This document shows positions 47,221-59,800 of a stretch of 64,000 bases of DNA, piece after piece. Numbering within the stretch: position 1 is the stretch's first letter; the number at the start of each line of letters is the position of its first letter. The DNA lies in assembly GCF_030028105.1 (NCBI RefSeq), contig NC_092376.1:77920935-77984934 (forward strand). Direction: 5' to 3'. This DNA is from Mobula birostris (taxonomy: Eukaryota). Both the position numbers and the translations under genes were made by a program. The notes under the pieces were generated by a model. That model worked only from the letters and a program-made list of their open reading frames with translations. It had not been told where the DNA came from and made no database searches.

Positions 47221-49779
47221 CAAGCAGAACTGGAACAAGGAAAAGAGCGTAGATTTTAAATTATGGTGCGAACACTCTCTCTATGTGTGCCTGATGGAAT
47301 GCCAAGCCTGAGGTTTTTTTGTTGGTGCGCTGTGTTAGCGATGAATGAGTGGCAGTCATAACTAATCTGTCTGAAGGAGAACAGATAAGGGGAGATAAGC
47401 AAAAGTTGTAGAAAACAAACTGCTGGAACTTGATGGTGAGCAGGGAAAAGGCTGGTGAAGATGAAAGAATGAGATGAAGTGGCGGAGAGAGTAGTCCATT
47501 GTGAATACTGAAAACCGAAACTGATTTAATGTTTAAGCTTCAAGACGCTTTGTAAGGTGAAGTGTTAACCTTCTCTCTTTCCACTGATGGCTGACCTGCT
47601 CAGAGTCTCCAGCTGGTTTTTAATTTTGACTTTTTTTTAGATTTTCAACATTGAAAAAAAATCATGTTTGAGAGCCCTGTCAACAATGGTAGAGTGGGAG
47701 CAAAGTAACTGAAAACCTTATAGTAAAGAATAAGCTAATTAAAATGATTCTATCATTTATTAGCTGAGATTTAGAACATGACAATGTTATGTTAGAACTA
47801 CTCATTACACATACATACAGCTGAGGACTGGGTAACCAGAATTACTCAATGTCACAGTAAAGGATACTGCCCAGAGGAAACGTTTACCAGGATATTGTCT
47901 GGGAAATTGTAACTATGAGGAAAGATGGATACATTGGGATTTTAACCTGTGAGTGAACACTGAAAATGGTTTGCTTACCACTTTAGTGAATTTGGAGGTA
48001 AAGGTGTGGTGTTGACTTTCTAATGCTTTGAGATGCCTTGTGTGGGTAATGCAGTTCTCTGAAGCATTTAGCAAATCAGGAGCCTGTGGAAATAAAGGGC
48101 CATTGACTATATTGATATAAAATTAGCTGATGACAGAAAGAATATAACAATAGTGCCATTTTCCAAAGAAAGTATACAGCAAATACATCTGGGCGTTACA
48201 ATCTAGCTCACCTGCGCCTGGTTACGTAGGCATAGTTTCAAAGTTCCTCAGTAATATAAATTATAAATGATGCACAGGACAATTACAGACCTCTAGAGGG
48301 CATAGTTTCTAGAATGGTCCTAATGGATTACAAAGAAATAAATGCAATTTCATGGTTCAAGTTAGGAAGGGTTCCCTTTATATTGGCAGTATTGTGTTCA
48401 TTGGAGTCCAAATGAAGGCTAGGTAGTTTAGCATGGGTTGTAAGGAATACACTGAACCTTTACTGACAGAGGCCTATGTTTTCTTGTGTGGTGAAGGAGA
48501 ATCTGGATGTTGATGTGCCAGGATTGAAGAGGATGAAGCACATAAAGTGGTAGCAACCAAGGAGGAGGGGTGAAGGAGTGGGGTGGATTGGATGGTTTCC
48601 AAATAATCATCTTTAAACCATTGACTTTAATGTTACTTCAATCATATATTAAACACAGAGTCTGTTAGAAATTAATATTCTAATGCTTCAGAATTTGAAG
48701 CAGCTTTATTTGCTCCTATACCGTCAAAATTGTTTGCATATATGTACAGTATTCTTCATTTGAAGCAGTACCTGTATCATGATTGTCAAAAAACCCGTCA
48801 CCTATTGCTTGCACAATTATTCTTATTTTTGCCTTGTGGACACTGGAAAAGTCCCTGAATTTACAACCCAGAATGGTTTTGTCAGTACTCGTTCATATAA
48901 GGCAGCTCACTGTTTAGATTGAAACCAGGTCCTTGAATTAGCTTGAGGTTCCAAAAGATTCAACTGGATGTTGTTCAAAGTCGTATTGTGCCATCCATGC
49001 TTGTTTCTTTGGAAACTATTTTGTGTCCACGTAATGGGAAAAGGCGAAAGTATTTGTAGATCTGAAAGGTCATTTAAGCTTTTTTTCTGACATACCTGCC
49101 ATCCATGTCATTGCAAATTGGAAATTGTGACATTTAAGTTAGAGAATGGGGAAATGATAGGACCTGAAAAGGGGAGGAAGAGTGAGTTTATGAGGGAAAT
49201 ACTAGGAGAAAGAAAAAAGTTATAGAAGCAAAGACAGTGATGGTCTTGGAATGGAGCAGGTGAAAAGGATTATTTAAGAGCTCTCCTCTTCTCCTCTGAA
49301 AACATTGATTATTATTTCTGTTGAGGGTTTGTGCTTTCATTTCAATGTACTGTAGTTTCCACTTCTGGGTTCCTGGATGTCAGAATTAGTAGTGAAGGTT
49401 TCTTATTTAATTTTACTCTTCAAAATACAGTTCCCAAGCAGTGGGAAACTTGTTGCCATTCATATGTGGAATGGAAAATTTGATGTTGCTATGCAGATTA
49501 AATCTAGTTGTCAAGGAATCGAGTCCTTAAATTCAGGTGCATGTATCAGATATGACATTTGGCTGCCATATGGAAAGCATATAAACTCATTTCTTTTAGG
49601 AAAGGCATGGAAACTTCTCGACCATTGCATGTACCTTCCACCTGATCTGTAGTTTCAAGATCTTCTTTGGATCACTAAGAGAAAATTCTGATATATTATT
49701 ACATGGCTGCTTTGGGTAAATTATAGCAGAATGATTGATAAGACAACAGTCCCTAATTTCTCTGCTGATGTCAAATGGC

Positions 49780-50095
49780 CTTTTTTGACAATATTGCCCA
49801 CCTTCAGAGGTTACTGATGTTACAGATGGACATTGGCATTTTCAGTGAAAAGATTAGAAACTGTCTTGAATGACCGTTCATACAGTCATATAGAATGGAA
49901 ACAGACCCTTTGGTCCATATGGTCCATGCCCACCAAGATTCCCACCACGCTAGTCTCATTTGTCCGCGTTTGGCCCTTGTCCTTTATCACGTAAAGAAAG
50001 CAGCAGAGACAGGATTTATCCTTTACATTTTGAGAAACCAACAGAGGTACTCATTTCACCTTCACTTAACCGGATTCCATCACAGGTAATTTTTA
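49780..50095 (+). pseudogene. Degenerate upstream part of the giant repeat exon, split by a CR1 3' fragment
   Basis: Removing 49878-49983 gives the in-frame MDIGIFSEKIRNCLE*PLSRKESSRDRIYPLHFEKPTEVLISPSLNRIPSQ, alignable to EINFSDEICRDLNIHITRKKVQQNWGLPLHIQNTENAFIPPTSKLVLSK. Confidence 0.55.
49878..49983 (-). mobile_element. Short CR1 3'-end fragment
   Basis: TCATACAGTCATATAG tail plus GGAAACAGACCCTTTGG..TTTGGCCC, typical of CR1 3' UTRs. Confidence 0.55.
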
Positions 50096-53000
50096 AAAAC
50101 GCAGACACGAGGAAATCTGCAGATACTGGAAATACAAGCAACACACACAAAAAATGCTGGTGAACGCAGCAGGCCGGGCAGCGTCTATAGGAAGAGGTAC
50201 AGTCGATGTTTCGGGCCGGGACCCAGCCTCTGGGTCCAACATATAATTCTCTGTAACTTCCGCCACCTCCAACGGGATCCCACCACCAAGCATATCTTTC
50301 CCTCCCCCCCCCCCTTTCTGCTTTCTGCAGGGATTGCTCCCTACGCGACTCCCTTGTCCATTCATTCACCCCATCCCTTCCCACCGATCTCCCTCCCGGC
50401 ACTTATCCTTGTAAGTGGAGCAAGTGCTACACATGCCCTTACACTTCCTCCCTCACCACCATTCAGGGCCCCAGACAGCCCTTCCAGGTGAGGCGATACT
50501 TCACCTGTGAGTCGGCTGGGGTGATATACTGTGTCCGGTACTCCTGGTGCGGCCTTCTATATATTGGCGAGACCCGACGCAGGCTGGGAGACTGTTTTGC
50601 TGAACACCTATGCTCCGTCTGCCAGAGAAAGCAGGATCTCCCAGTGGCCACACATTTTAATTCCACGCCCCATTCCCATTCTGATATGTCTATCCACGGC
50701 CTCCTCTACTGTCAAGATGAAGCCACGCTCAGGTTGGAGGAACAACACCTTATATTCCGTCTGGGTAGCCTCCAACCTGATGGCATGAATATTGACTTCT
50801 CTAACTTCCGTTAATGCCCCTCCTCCCCTTCACACCCCATCCCTTATTTATTTATTTTATATATTTTTTATTTTTCCCCCTTTTTTCTGTCTCTCTTTTT
50901 TTTAAACTCTGTCCCTCTCACAATAACTCCTTGTCTGCTGTCCATACTCCAGGCCCCCCTCCCCCCCTTCTCTTTCTCCCCAGGCTTCCCGTCCCATGAT
51001 CCTCTCCCTTCTCTAGCTCTTAGATCCACCCCTCCCCTCCTGTCTTCTCCTATCATTTCAGATTTCCCCCTCCCCCTCCCACTTTCAAATTTCTTACTAT
51101 CTCTTCTTTCAGTTAGTCCTGACATAGAACATAGAACATAGAATAGTACAGCACATTACAGGCCCTTCAGCCCACAATGTTGTGCAAACCCTCAAACCCT
51201 GCCTCCCATATAACCCCCCCCACCTTAAATTCCTCCATATACCTGTCTAGTAGTCTCTTAAACTTCACGAGTGTATCTGCCTCCACCACTGACTCAGGCA
51301 GTGCATTCCATGCACCAACCACTCTCTGAGTAAAAAACCTTCCTCTAATATCCCCCTTGAACTTCCCACCTTAAAGCCACGTCCTCTTGTATTGAGCAGT
51401 GGTGCCCTGGGGAAGAGGCGCTGGCTATCCACTCTATCTATTCCTCTTATTATCTTGTACACCTCTATCATGTCTCCTCTCATCCTCCTTCTCTCCAAAG
51501 AGTAAAGCCCTAGCTCCCTTAATCTCTGATCATAATGCATACTTTCTAAACCAGGCAGCATCCTGGTAAATCTCCTCTGTACCCTTTCCAATGCTTCCAC
51601 GTCCTTCCTATAGTGAGATGACCAGAACTGGACACAGTACTCCAATTGTGGCCTAATCAGAGTTTTATAGAGCTGCATCATTACATCGCGACTCTTAAAC
51701 TCTATCCCTCGACTTATAAAAGCTAACACCCCATAAGCGTTCTTAACTACCCTATCTACCTGTGAGGCAACTTTCAGGGATCTATGGACATGTACCCGGA
51801 GATCCCTCTGCTCCTCCACACTACCGAGTATCCTGCCATTTACTTTGTACTCTGCCTTGGAGTTTGTCCTTCCAAAGTGTACCACCTCACACTTCTCCGG
51901 GTTGAACTCCATCTGCCACTTCTCAGCCCACTTCTGCATCCTATCAATGTCTCTCTGCAATCTTCGACAATCCTCTACACTATCCACAACACTACCAACC
52001 TTTGTGTCGTCTGCAAACTTGCCAACCCACCCTTCTACCCCCACATCCAGGTCGTTAATAAAAATCAAGAAAAGTAGAGGTCCCAGAACAGATCCTTGTG
52101 GGACACCACTAGTCACAATCCTCCAATCTGAATGTACTCCCTCCAACATGACCCTCTGCCTTCTGCAGGCAAGCCAATTCTGAATCCACCTGGCCAAACT
52201 TCCCTGGATCCCATGCCTCCTGACTTTCTGAATAAGCCTACCGTGTGGAACCTTGTCAAATGCCTTACTAAAATCCATATAGATCACATCCACTACACTA
52301 CCCTCATCTATATGCCTGGTCACCTCCTCAAAGAACTCTATCAGGCTTGTTAGACACAATCTGCCCTTCACAAAGCCATGCTGACTATGCCTGATCAGAC
52401 CATGATTCTCTAAATGCCCATAGATCCTATCTCTGAGAATCTTTTCCAACAGCTTTCCCACCACAGTCGTAAGGCTCACTGGTCTATAATTACCCGGGCT
52501 ATCCCTACTATCTTTTTTGAACAAGGGGACAACATTTGCCTCCCTCCAATCCTCCAGTACCATTCCCCTGGACAACGAGGACATAAAGATCCTAGCCAGA
52601 GGCTCAGTAATCTCCTCCGTCGCCTCGTGGAGCAGCTGGGGAATATTTCGTCAGGCCCTGGGGACTTATCTGTCCTAATGTATTTTAACAACTCCAACAC
52701 CTCCTCTCCCTTAATATCAACATGCTCCAGAACATCAACCTCACTCATATTGCCCTCACCATCAAAAAGTTCCCTCTCATTTGTGAATACCGAAGAGAAG
52801 TATTCATTGAGGACCTCGCTCATTTCCACAGCCTCCAGGCACATCTTCCCACCTTTATCTCTAATCGGTCCTACCTTCACTCCTGTCATCCTTTTTTCCT
52901 TCACATAATTGAAGAACGCCTTGGGGTTTTCCTTTACCGTACTCACCAAGGCCTTCTCGTGCCCCCTGCTTGCTCTCCTCAGCCCCTTCTTAAGCTCCTG

Positions 53001-53877
53001 CAAGAGATCTCTAAACATCGACCACATGTCCATAGTACATTTTCCTGCAAAAACATCATCCCAATTCACACCCACAAGTTCTAGCCTTATAGCCTCATAA
53101 TTTGCCCTTCCCCAACTAAAAATTTTCCTGTCCTCTCTGATTCTTTCCTTTTCCATGATAATGCTAAAGGCCAGGGAGCGGTGGTCACTGTCCCCCAGAT
53201 GCTCACCCACTGAGAGATCTGTGACCTGACCCGGTTCATTACCTAGTACTAGATCTAGTATGGCATTCCCCCGGTCGTCCTGTCCACATACTGTGACAGG
53301 AATCCGTCCTGGACATACTTAACAAACTCTGCCCCATCTAAACCTTTGGAACTAATCAGGTGCCAATCAATATTAGGGAAGTTAAAGTCACCCATGATAA
53401 CAACCCTGTTATTTTTGCACCTTTCCAAAATCTGCCTCCCAATCTGCTCCTCTGTATCTCTGCTGCTACTAGGGGGCCTATAGAATACCCCCAGTAGAGT
53501 AACTGCTCCCTTCCTGTTCCTGACTTCCACCCATACTGACTCAAAAGAGGATCCTGCTACATTACCCACCCTTTCTGTAGCTGTAATAGTATCCTTGACC
53601 AGTAATGCTACCCCTCCTCCCCTTTTTCCCGCCTCTCTATCCCTTTTCAAGCACTGAAATCCAGGAATATTGAGAATCCATTCTTGCCCTGGTGCCAGCC
53701 AAGTCTGTGTATTGGCCACTACATCATAATTCCATGTATGTATCCAAGCTCTCAGTTCATCACCTTTGTTCCTGATGCTTCTTGATGACGAAGGGTCCTG
53801 GCCCGAAACTTCGACTGTACCTCTTCCTATAGAAGCTGTCTGGCCTGCTGCGTTCACCAGCATTTTTTGTGTGTGTG
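50096..53877 (+). mobile_element. Penelope-like element (inverted 5' pLTR piece, RT end, GIY-YIG EN, pLTR) with a nested CR1
   Basis: 50488-50814 CESAGVIYCVRYSWCGLLYIGETRRRLGDCFAEH..HFN..EEQHLIFRLGSLQPDGMN; 50096-50224 is an inverted copy of the terminal repeat; 14-bp TSD ACAGGTAATTTTTA at 50082-50095 and 53878-53891. Confidence 0.9.
51124..53785 (-). mobile_element. Relatively young CR1 LINE (EN and RT, internally deleted) nested in Penelope
   Basis: 439-aa RT ORF 51265-52584 (NYRPVSLT, MDFSKAFD, GVPQGSVLGP, KFADD); EN in 53255-53863; (ATAGAAC)n tail at 51124; TGAC duplicated at 51120-51123 and 53786-53789. Confidence 0.93.
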
Positions 53878-53891
53878 ACAGGTAATTTTTA

Positions 53892-56800
53892 CTGCGTTAT
53901 TCCCACTGAATTACCATTCATAACTGTCGTGCATAAAGTTCTTGAAGGAAATGTGAAGAGAAAAATTACGGGTAATTAACTAGATATTAAGTAACTTTCA
54001 GATGATCTTGTTCATGCACCAGGGCATTTAGAGATAAAAATAACACATTTTTGAAGAACACTGACACACCACATCTTTCTAAAATCATCCCTTATCAGGA
54101 AGAAGATCTGAGAAGAAGTGGAAAAATCTCTCTTTTGTGATGGTGGTATTAGGAATGAAGAAATAAAGAAATTAGGAGAATTATCTGTTATGACATTCAA
54201 GACAAAAGAGGAGATTCAATTAATTATAGGCTTAAAGCAATGTATGGAAATTGAAAAAGATTGTTTCCCAGATGTGATCATGGGATCATGTGAAAAATGC
54301 CATTGTGATGTACCAAAAAAACATTTATCCCAGTTGATCAGAGCTGGGAACGAATATAAAATGACAAAACCATTGTATACACCTCTTATGGAAAGTGATG
54401 CTGTTGATCGTTTAGAGACTAACTTAAGGCAAAAACTTAGTCCAAGGTTGTGGGGATCTTCAAATTTGTTAGAAAAGTCAATGATACCTGAAGTGCCACC
54501 TGCACCTCCACCTATCAAAGGAAGAGTAGCTACAGTAGAGTCTGTTGGTTTGTTAACAAATTTCATTGGAAAAAAAGTCAGAAACCATTTGGAAAGGCAC
54601 ATCACAAAAAGAAAACTTGAACAAAACTGGGATTTACCCACAGAAATTCAGATATCTAGAGATTTCTTTTTGCCATCTGGCCCAAAATTGATGCATTCTC
54701 AACTACAGTCCAAGAATTATGCGCACTTCATTATTGTTCAAACGCAAACATTGTTCATAAGTAATGAGCAAAAGAGAATACTGGAAGGCAATTTAATGAA
54801 GAAGGTAATCAATTATAAATATGGTCTCCTTCCAAATGTTGTTCAGATGTCTTCAAGTAATTTTATTGAATCTTATCCAAAAGAAGATGCTTTTGCACCT
54901 TCAGAGATCATAAAAGGAAGAAAGATGTTTACTGGTAATTTGGATTATTACAAAAAGACAATACATCAAACTCAAACATTATCTCTACGTTCTAGTAATA
55001 ATAATGAGAAGAGCACTGAAATGGACAAAGTATTTAAAGATAAACTAGAAATGTGCTTAAGAAAACAGTGCTTAGAGATTAAGATGACTTGTTTTCCAGA
55101 AATATTAAAAGAGATGTACAAAGTCACATATCATTTGTAATCACAGAGGAGATTACTAAAATTAATTGCATCAGATAGAGGTTATAAGAAACCATATTAT
55201 GTACCTTTAATGAGCATCGATTGGTGTTTATTTTTCAGCACAAACAGATTAATCATCTCTGGGGAACTGCAGCTCCATATGATACATCTTTAGGAATACT
55301 AAGTTGTTCAAGACCACCTCGACTTCCAGCAGTCAAAGTGAGTGGAGCTCAAGTAGAGCCTGTAAGTAGAGAAATTAATACTTCTGATGAAATTTGTAGA
55401 GATTTAAACATTCATATTACACGGAAGAAAGTTCAACAGAACTGGGGCTTGCCATTGCATATTCAAAACACTGAAAATGCCTTTATTCCACCAACTTCAA
55501 AACTAGTGTTATCCAAGTTATGCCCCCAGCCTAATTTTGAGATTCTGTTTTCTCAGCCTGAACCGACATTCCGTGATGAAGAACATGAAAGAAGACTGGA
55601 GTTCTATGTAAAGAAAAAGATTGTGAATAATCGTTGTAGACTTCCTAAGGTCATTCTATCTTCGGCATGTAATTTTATGCCTCCGGCCCCATCAATGAAG
55701 GATCACTTTGAGGAGTGTGAAATAATTAAAAACAACCAAATCATAGGCAATACTTCTTTTAAGAAGACAACCAATAAAGATAAAGGTAAATCTGATATTT
55801 CCTTGATAAAACAGCATGTGGAAATTCACAAAGACACTTTGCCAGAAAAGGTGTTGAAGTCCTATGAAATCACATCAAAGAGATCATTTCCACAGCCTCT
55901 TCTAGCTAGAAATAGATTTAAAAAACCAAGACCATTGTATCTATCAGTTTTTGAAGAATATATTGTACATCGATTGGAGTTTAATTTTAAACACAAACAG
56001 ATTAATCATCTCTGGGGTGCAGCAACTCCATATGATACATCTTTAGGAATGCGAATTTGTTCAATACCACCTCGACTTCCAGCAGTCAAAGTGAGTGGAG
56101 CTCAAGTAGAGCCTGTAAGTAGAGAAATTAATTTTTATGATGAAATTTGTAGAGATTTAAACATTCATATTACACGGAAGAAAGTTCAACAAAACTGGGG
56201 CTTGCCATTGCATATTCAAAACTCTGAAAATGCATTTATTCCACCAGCTCCAAAACTAGTGTTATCCAAGTTATGCCCCCAGCCTAATTTTGAGATTCGA
56301 TCTGGTCAGTCTGAACGAATATTCCTTCGTGAAGAAGCTAAAGGAAGACTGAAGTTCTATGTAAAGAAAAAGATTGTAAATAATCGTTGTAGACTTCCTA
56401 AGGTCATTCTATCATCGTCATGTAATTTTATGCCTCCGGCCCCATCAATGAAGGATCACTTTGAGGAGTGTGAAATAATTAAAAACAACCAAATCATAGG
56501 CGATACTTCTGTTACGAAGAAAAGCAACAAAGGTAAAGGTAAAGATAAAGAAATGAATTTTTTTGATAAAATTTGTAGAGATTTAAACATTCATATTACA
56601 CGGAAGAAACTTCAACAAAACTGGGGCTTGCCATTGCATATTCAAAACTCTGAAAATGCATTTATTCCACCAGCTCCAAAACTAGTGTTATCCAAGTTAT
56701 GCCCCCAGCCTAATTTTGAGATTCCATCTGGTCAGTCTGAACGAATATTCCTTCGTGAAGAAGCTAAAGGAAGACTGAAGTTCTATGCAAAGAAAAAGAT

Positions 56801-59800
56801 TGTAAAGAATCGTTGTAGACTTCCTAAGGTCATTCTATCATCGTCATGTAATTTTATGCCTCCAGCTCCATCAATGAAGGATCACTTTGAGGAGTGTGAA
56901 ATAATTAAAAACAACCAAATCATAGGCAATACTTCTTTTAAGAAGACAACCAATAAAGATAAAGGTAAATCTGATATTTCCTTGATAAAACAGCATGTAG
57001 AAATTCACAAAGACACTTTGCCAGAAAAGGTGATGAAGTCCTATAAAATCACATCAAAGAGATCATTTCCACAGCCTATTCTAGCTAGAAATAGATTTAA
57101 AAAACCAAGACCATTGTATCTATCATTTATTGAAGAATATATTGTACATCGATTGGAGTTTAATTTTAAACACAAACAGATTAATCATCTCTGGGGTGCA
57201 GCAACTCCATATGATACATCTTTAGGAATGCGAATTTGTTCAGTACCACCTCGACTTCCAGCAGTCAAAGTGAGTGGAGCTCAAGTAGAGCCTGTAAATA
57301 GAGAAATTAATTTTTCTGATGAAATTTGTAGAGATTTAAACATTCATATTACACGGAAGAAACTTCAACAAAACTGGGGCTTGCCATTGCATATTCAAAA
57401 CTCTGAAAATGCCTTTATTCCACCAGCTCCAGAACTAGTGTTATCCAAATTATGCCCCCAGCCTAATTTTGAGATTCGATCTGGTCAGTCTGAACGAATA
57501 TTCCTTCGTGAAGAAGCTAAAGGAAGACTGAAGTTCTATGTAAAGAAAAAGATTGTAAATAATCGTTGTAGACTTCCTAAGGTCATTCTATCATCGTCAT
57601 GTAATGTTATGCCTCCGGCCCCATCAATGAAGGATCACTTTGAGGAGTGTGAAATAATTAAAAACAACCAAATCATAGGCAATACTTCTGTTACGAAGAA
57701 AAGCAACAAAGGTAAAGGTAAAGATAAAGAAATGAATTTTTCTGATAAAATTTGTAGACATTCAAACATTCATATTACACGGAAGAAACGTCAACAAAAC
57801 TGGGGCTTGCCATTGCATATTCAAAACTCTGAAAATGCCTTTATTCCACCAGCTCCAAAACTAGTGTTATCCAAGTTATGCCCCCAGTCTAATTTTGAGA
57901 TTCTGTTTTCTCAGTCTGAACCGACATTCCGTGATGAAGAACATGAAAGAAGACTGAAGTTCTATGTAAAGAAAAAGATTGTGAATAATCGTTGTAGACT
58001 TCCTAAGGTCATTCTATCTTCGGCATGTAATTTTATGCCTCTGGCCCCATCAATGAAGGATCACTTTGAGGAGTGTGAAATAATTAAAAACAACCAAATC
58101 ATAGGCAATGCTTCTTTTAAGAAGACAACCAATAAAGATAAAGGTAAATCTGATATTTCCTTGATAAAACAGCATGTAGAAATTCACAAAGACACTTTGC
58201 CGGAAAAGGTGATGAAGTCCTATGAAATCACATCAAAGAGATCATTTCCACAGCCTATTCTAGCTAGAAATAGATTTAAAAAACCAAGACCATTGTATCT
58301 ATCATTTATTGAAGAATATATTGTACATCGATTGGAGTTTAATTTTAAACACAGACAGATTAATCATCTCTGGGGTGCAGCAACTCCATATGATATATCT
58401 TTAGGAATGCGAATTTGTTCAGTACCACCTCGACTTCCAGCAGTCAAAGTGAGTGGAGCTCAAGTAGAGCCTGTAAGTAGAGAAATTAATTTTTTTGATG
58501 AAATTTGTAGAGATTTAAACATTCATATTACACGGAAGAAACTTCAACAAAACTGGGGCTTGCCATTGCATATTCAAAACTCTGAAAATGCCTTTATTCC
58601 ACCAGCTCCAGAACTAGTGTTATCCAAGTTATGCCCCCAGCCTAATTTTGAGATTCGATCTGGTCAGTCTGAACGAATATTCCTTCGTGAAGAAGCTAAA
58701 GGAAGACTGAAGTTCTATGCAAAGAAAAAGATTGTAAATAATCGTTGTAGACTTCCTAAGGTCATTCTATCATCGTCATGTAATGTTATGCCTCCGGCTC
58801 CATCAATGAAGGATCACTTTGAGGAGTGTGAAATAATTAAAAACAAACAAATCATAGGCGATACTTCTGTTACGAAGAAAAGCAACAAAGGTAAAGGTAA
58901 AGATAAAGAAATGAATTTTTCTGATAAAATTTGTAGACATTTAAACATTCATATTACACGGAAGAAACTTCAACAAAACTAGGGCTTGCCATTGCATATT
59001 CAAAACTCTGAAAATGGATTTATTTCACCAGCTCCAAAACTAGTGTTATTCAAGTTATACCCCCAGTCTAATTTTGAGATTCAGTTTTCTCAGTCTAAAC
59101 CGACATTCCGTGATGAAGAACATGAAAGAAGACTGGAGTTCTATGTAAAGAAAAAGATTGTGAATAATCGTTGTAGACTTCCTAAGGTCACTCTTATCAT
59201 CGTCATGTAATTTTATGCCTCCGGCCCCATCAATGAAGGATCACTTTGAGGAGTGTGAAATAATTAAAAACAACCAAATCATAGGCGATACTTCTTTTAA
59301 GAAGACAACCAATAAAGATAAAGGTAAATCTGATACTTCCTTGATAAAACAGCATGTAGAAATTCACAAAGACACTTTGCCAGAAAAGGTGATGAAGTCC
59401 TATGAAATCACATCAAAGAGATCATTTCCACAGCCTATTCTAGCTAGAAATAGATTTAAAAAACCAAGACCATTGTATCTATCATTTATTGAAGAATATA
59501 TTGTACATCGATTGGAGTTTAATTTTAAACACAAACAGATTAATCATCTCTGGGGTGCAGCAACTCCATATGATACATCTTTAGGAATGCGAATTTGTTC
59601 AGTACCCCCTCGACTTCCAGCAGTCAAAGTGAGTGGAGCTCAAGTAGAGCCTGTAAGTAGAGAAATTAATTTTTCTGATGAAATTTGTAGAGATTTAAAT
59701 ATTCATATTACACGGAAGAAACTTCAACAAAACTGGGGCTTGCCATTGCATATTCAGAACTCTGAAAATGCCTTTATTCCACCAGCTCCAAAACTAGTGT

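Noticed and set aside
48471-48550. Possible internal exon (CTGACAG|AGGCCTATG..., RPMFSCVVKENLDVDVPGLKRMKHIK)
   Set aside because: Open in the right phase for only 27 codons with no convincing donor; cannot be supported without RNA data.
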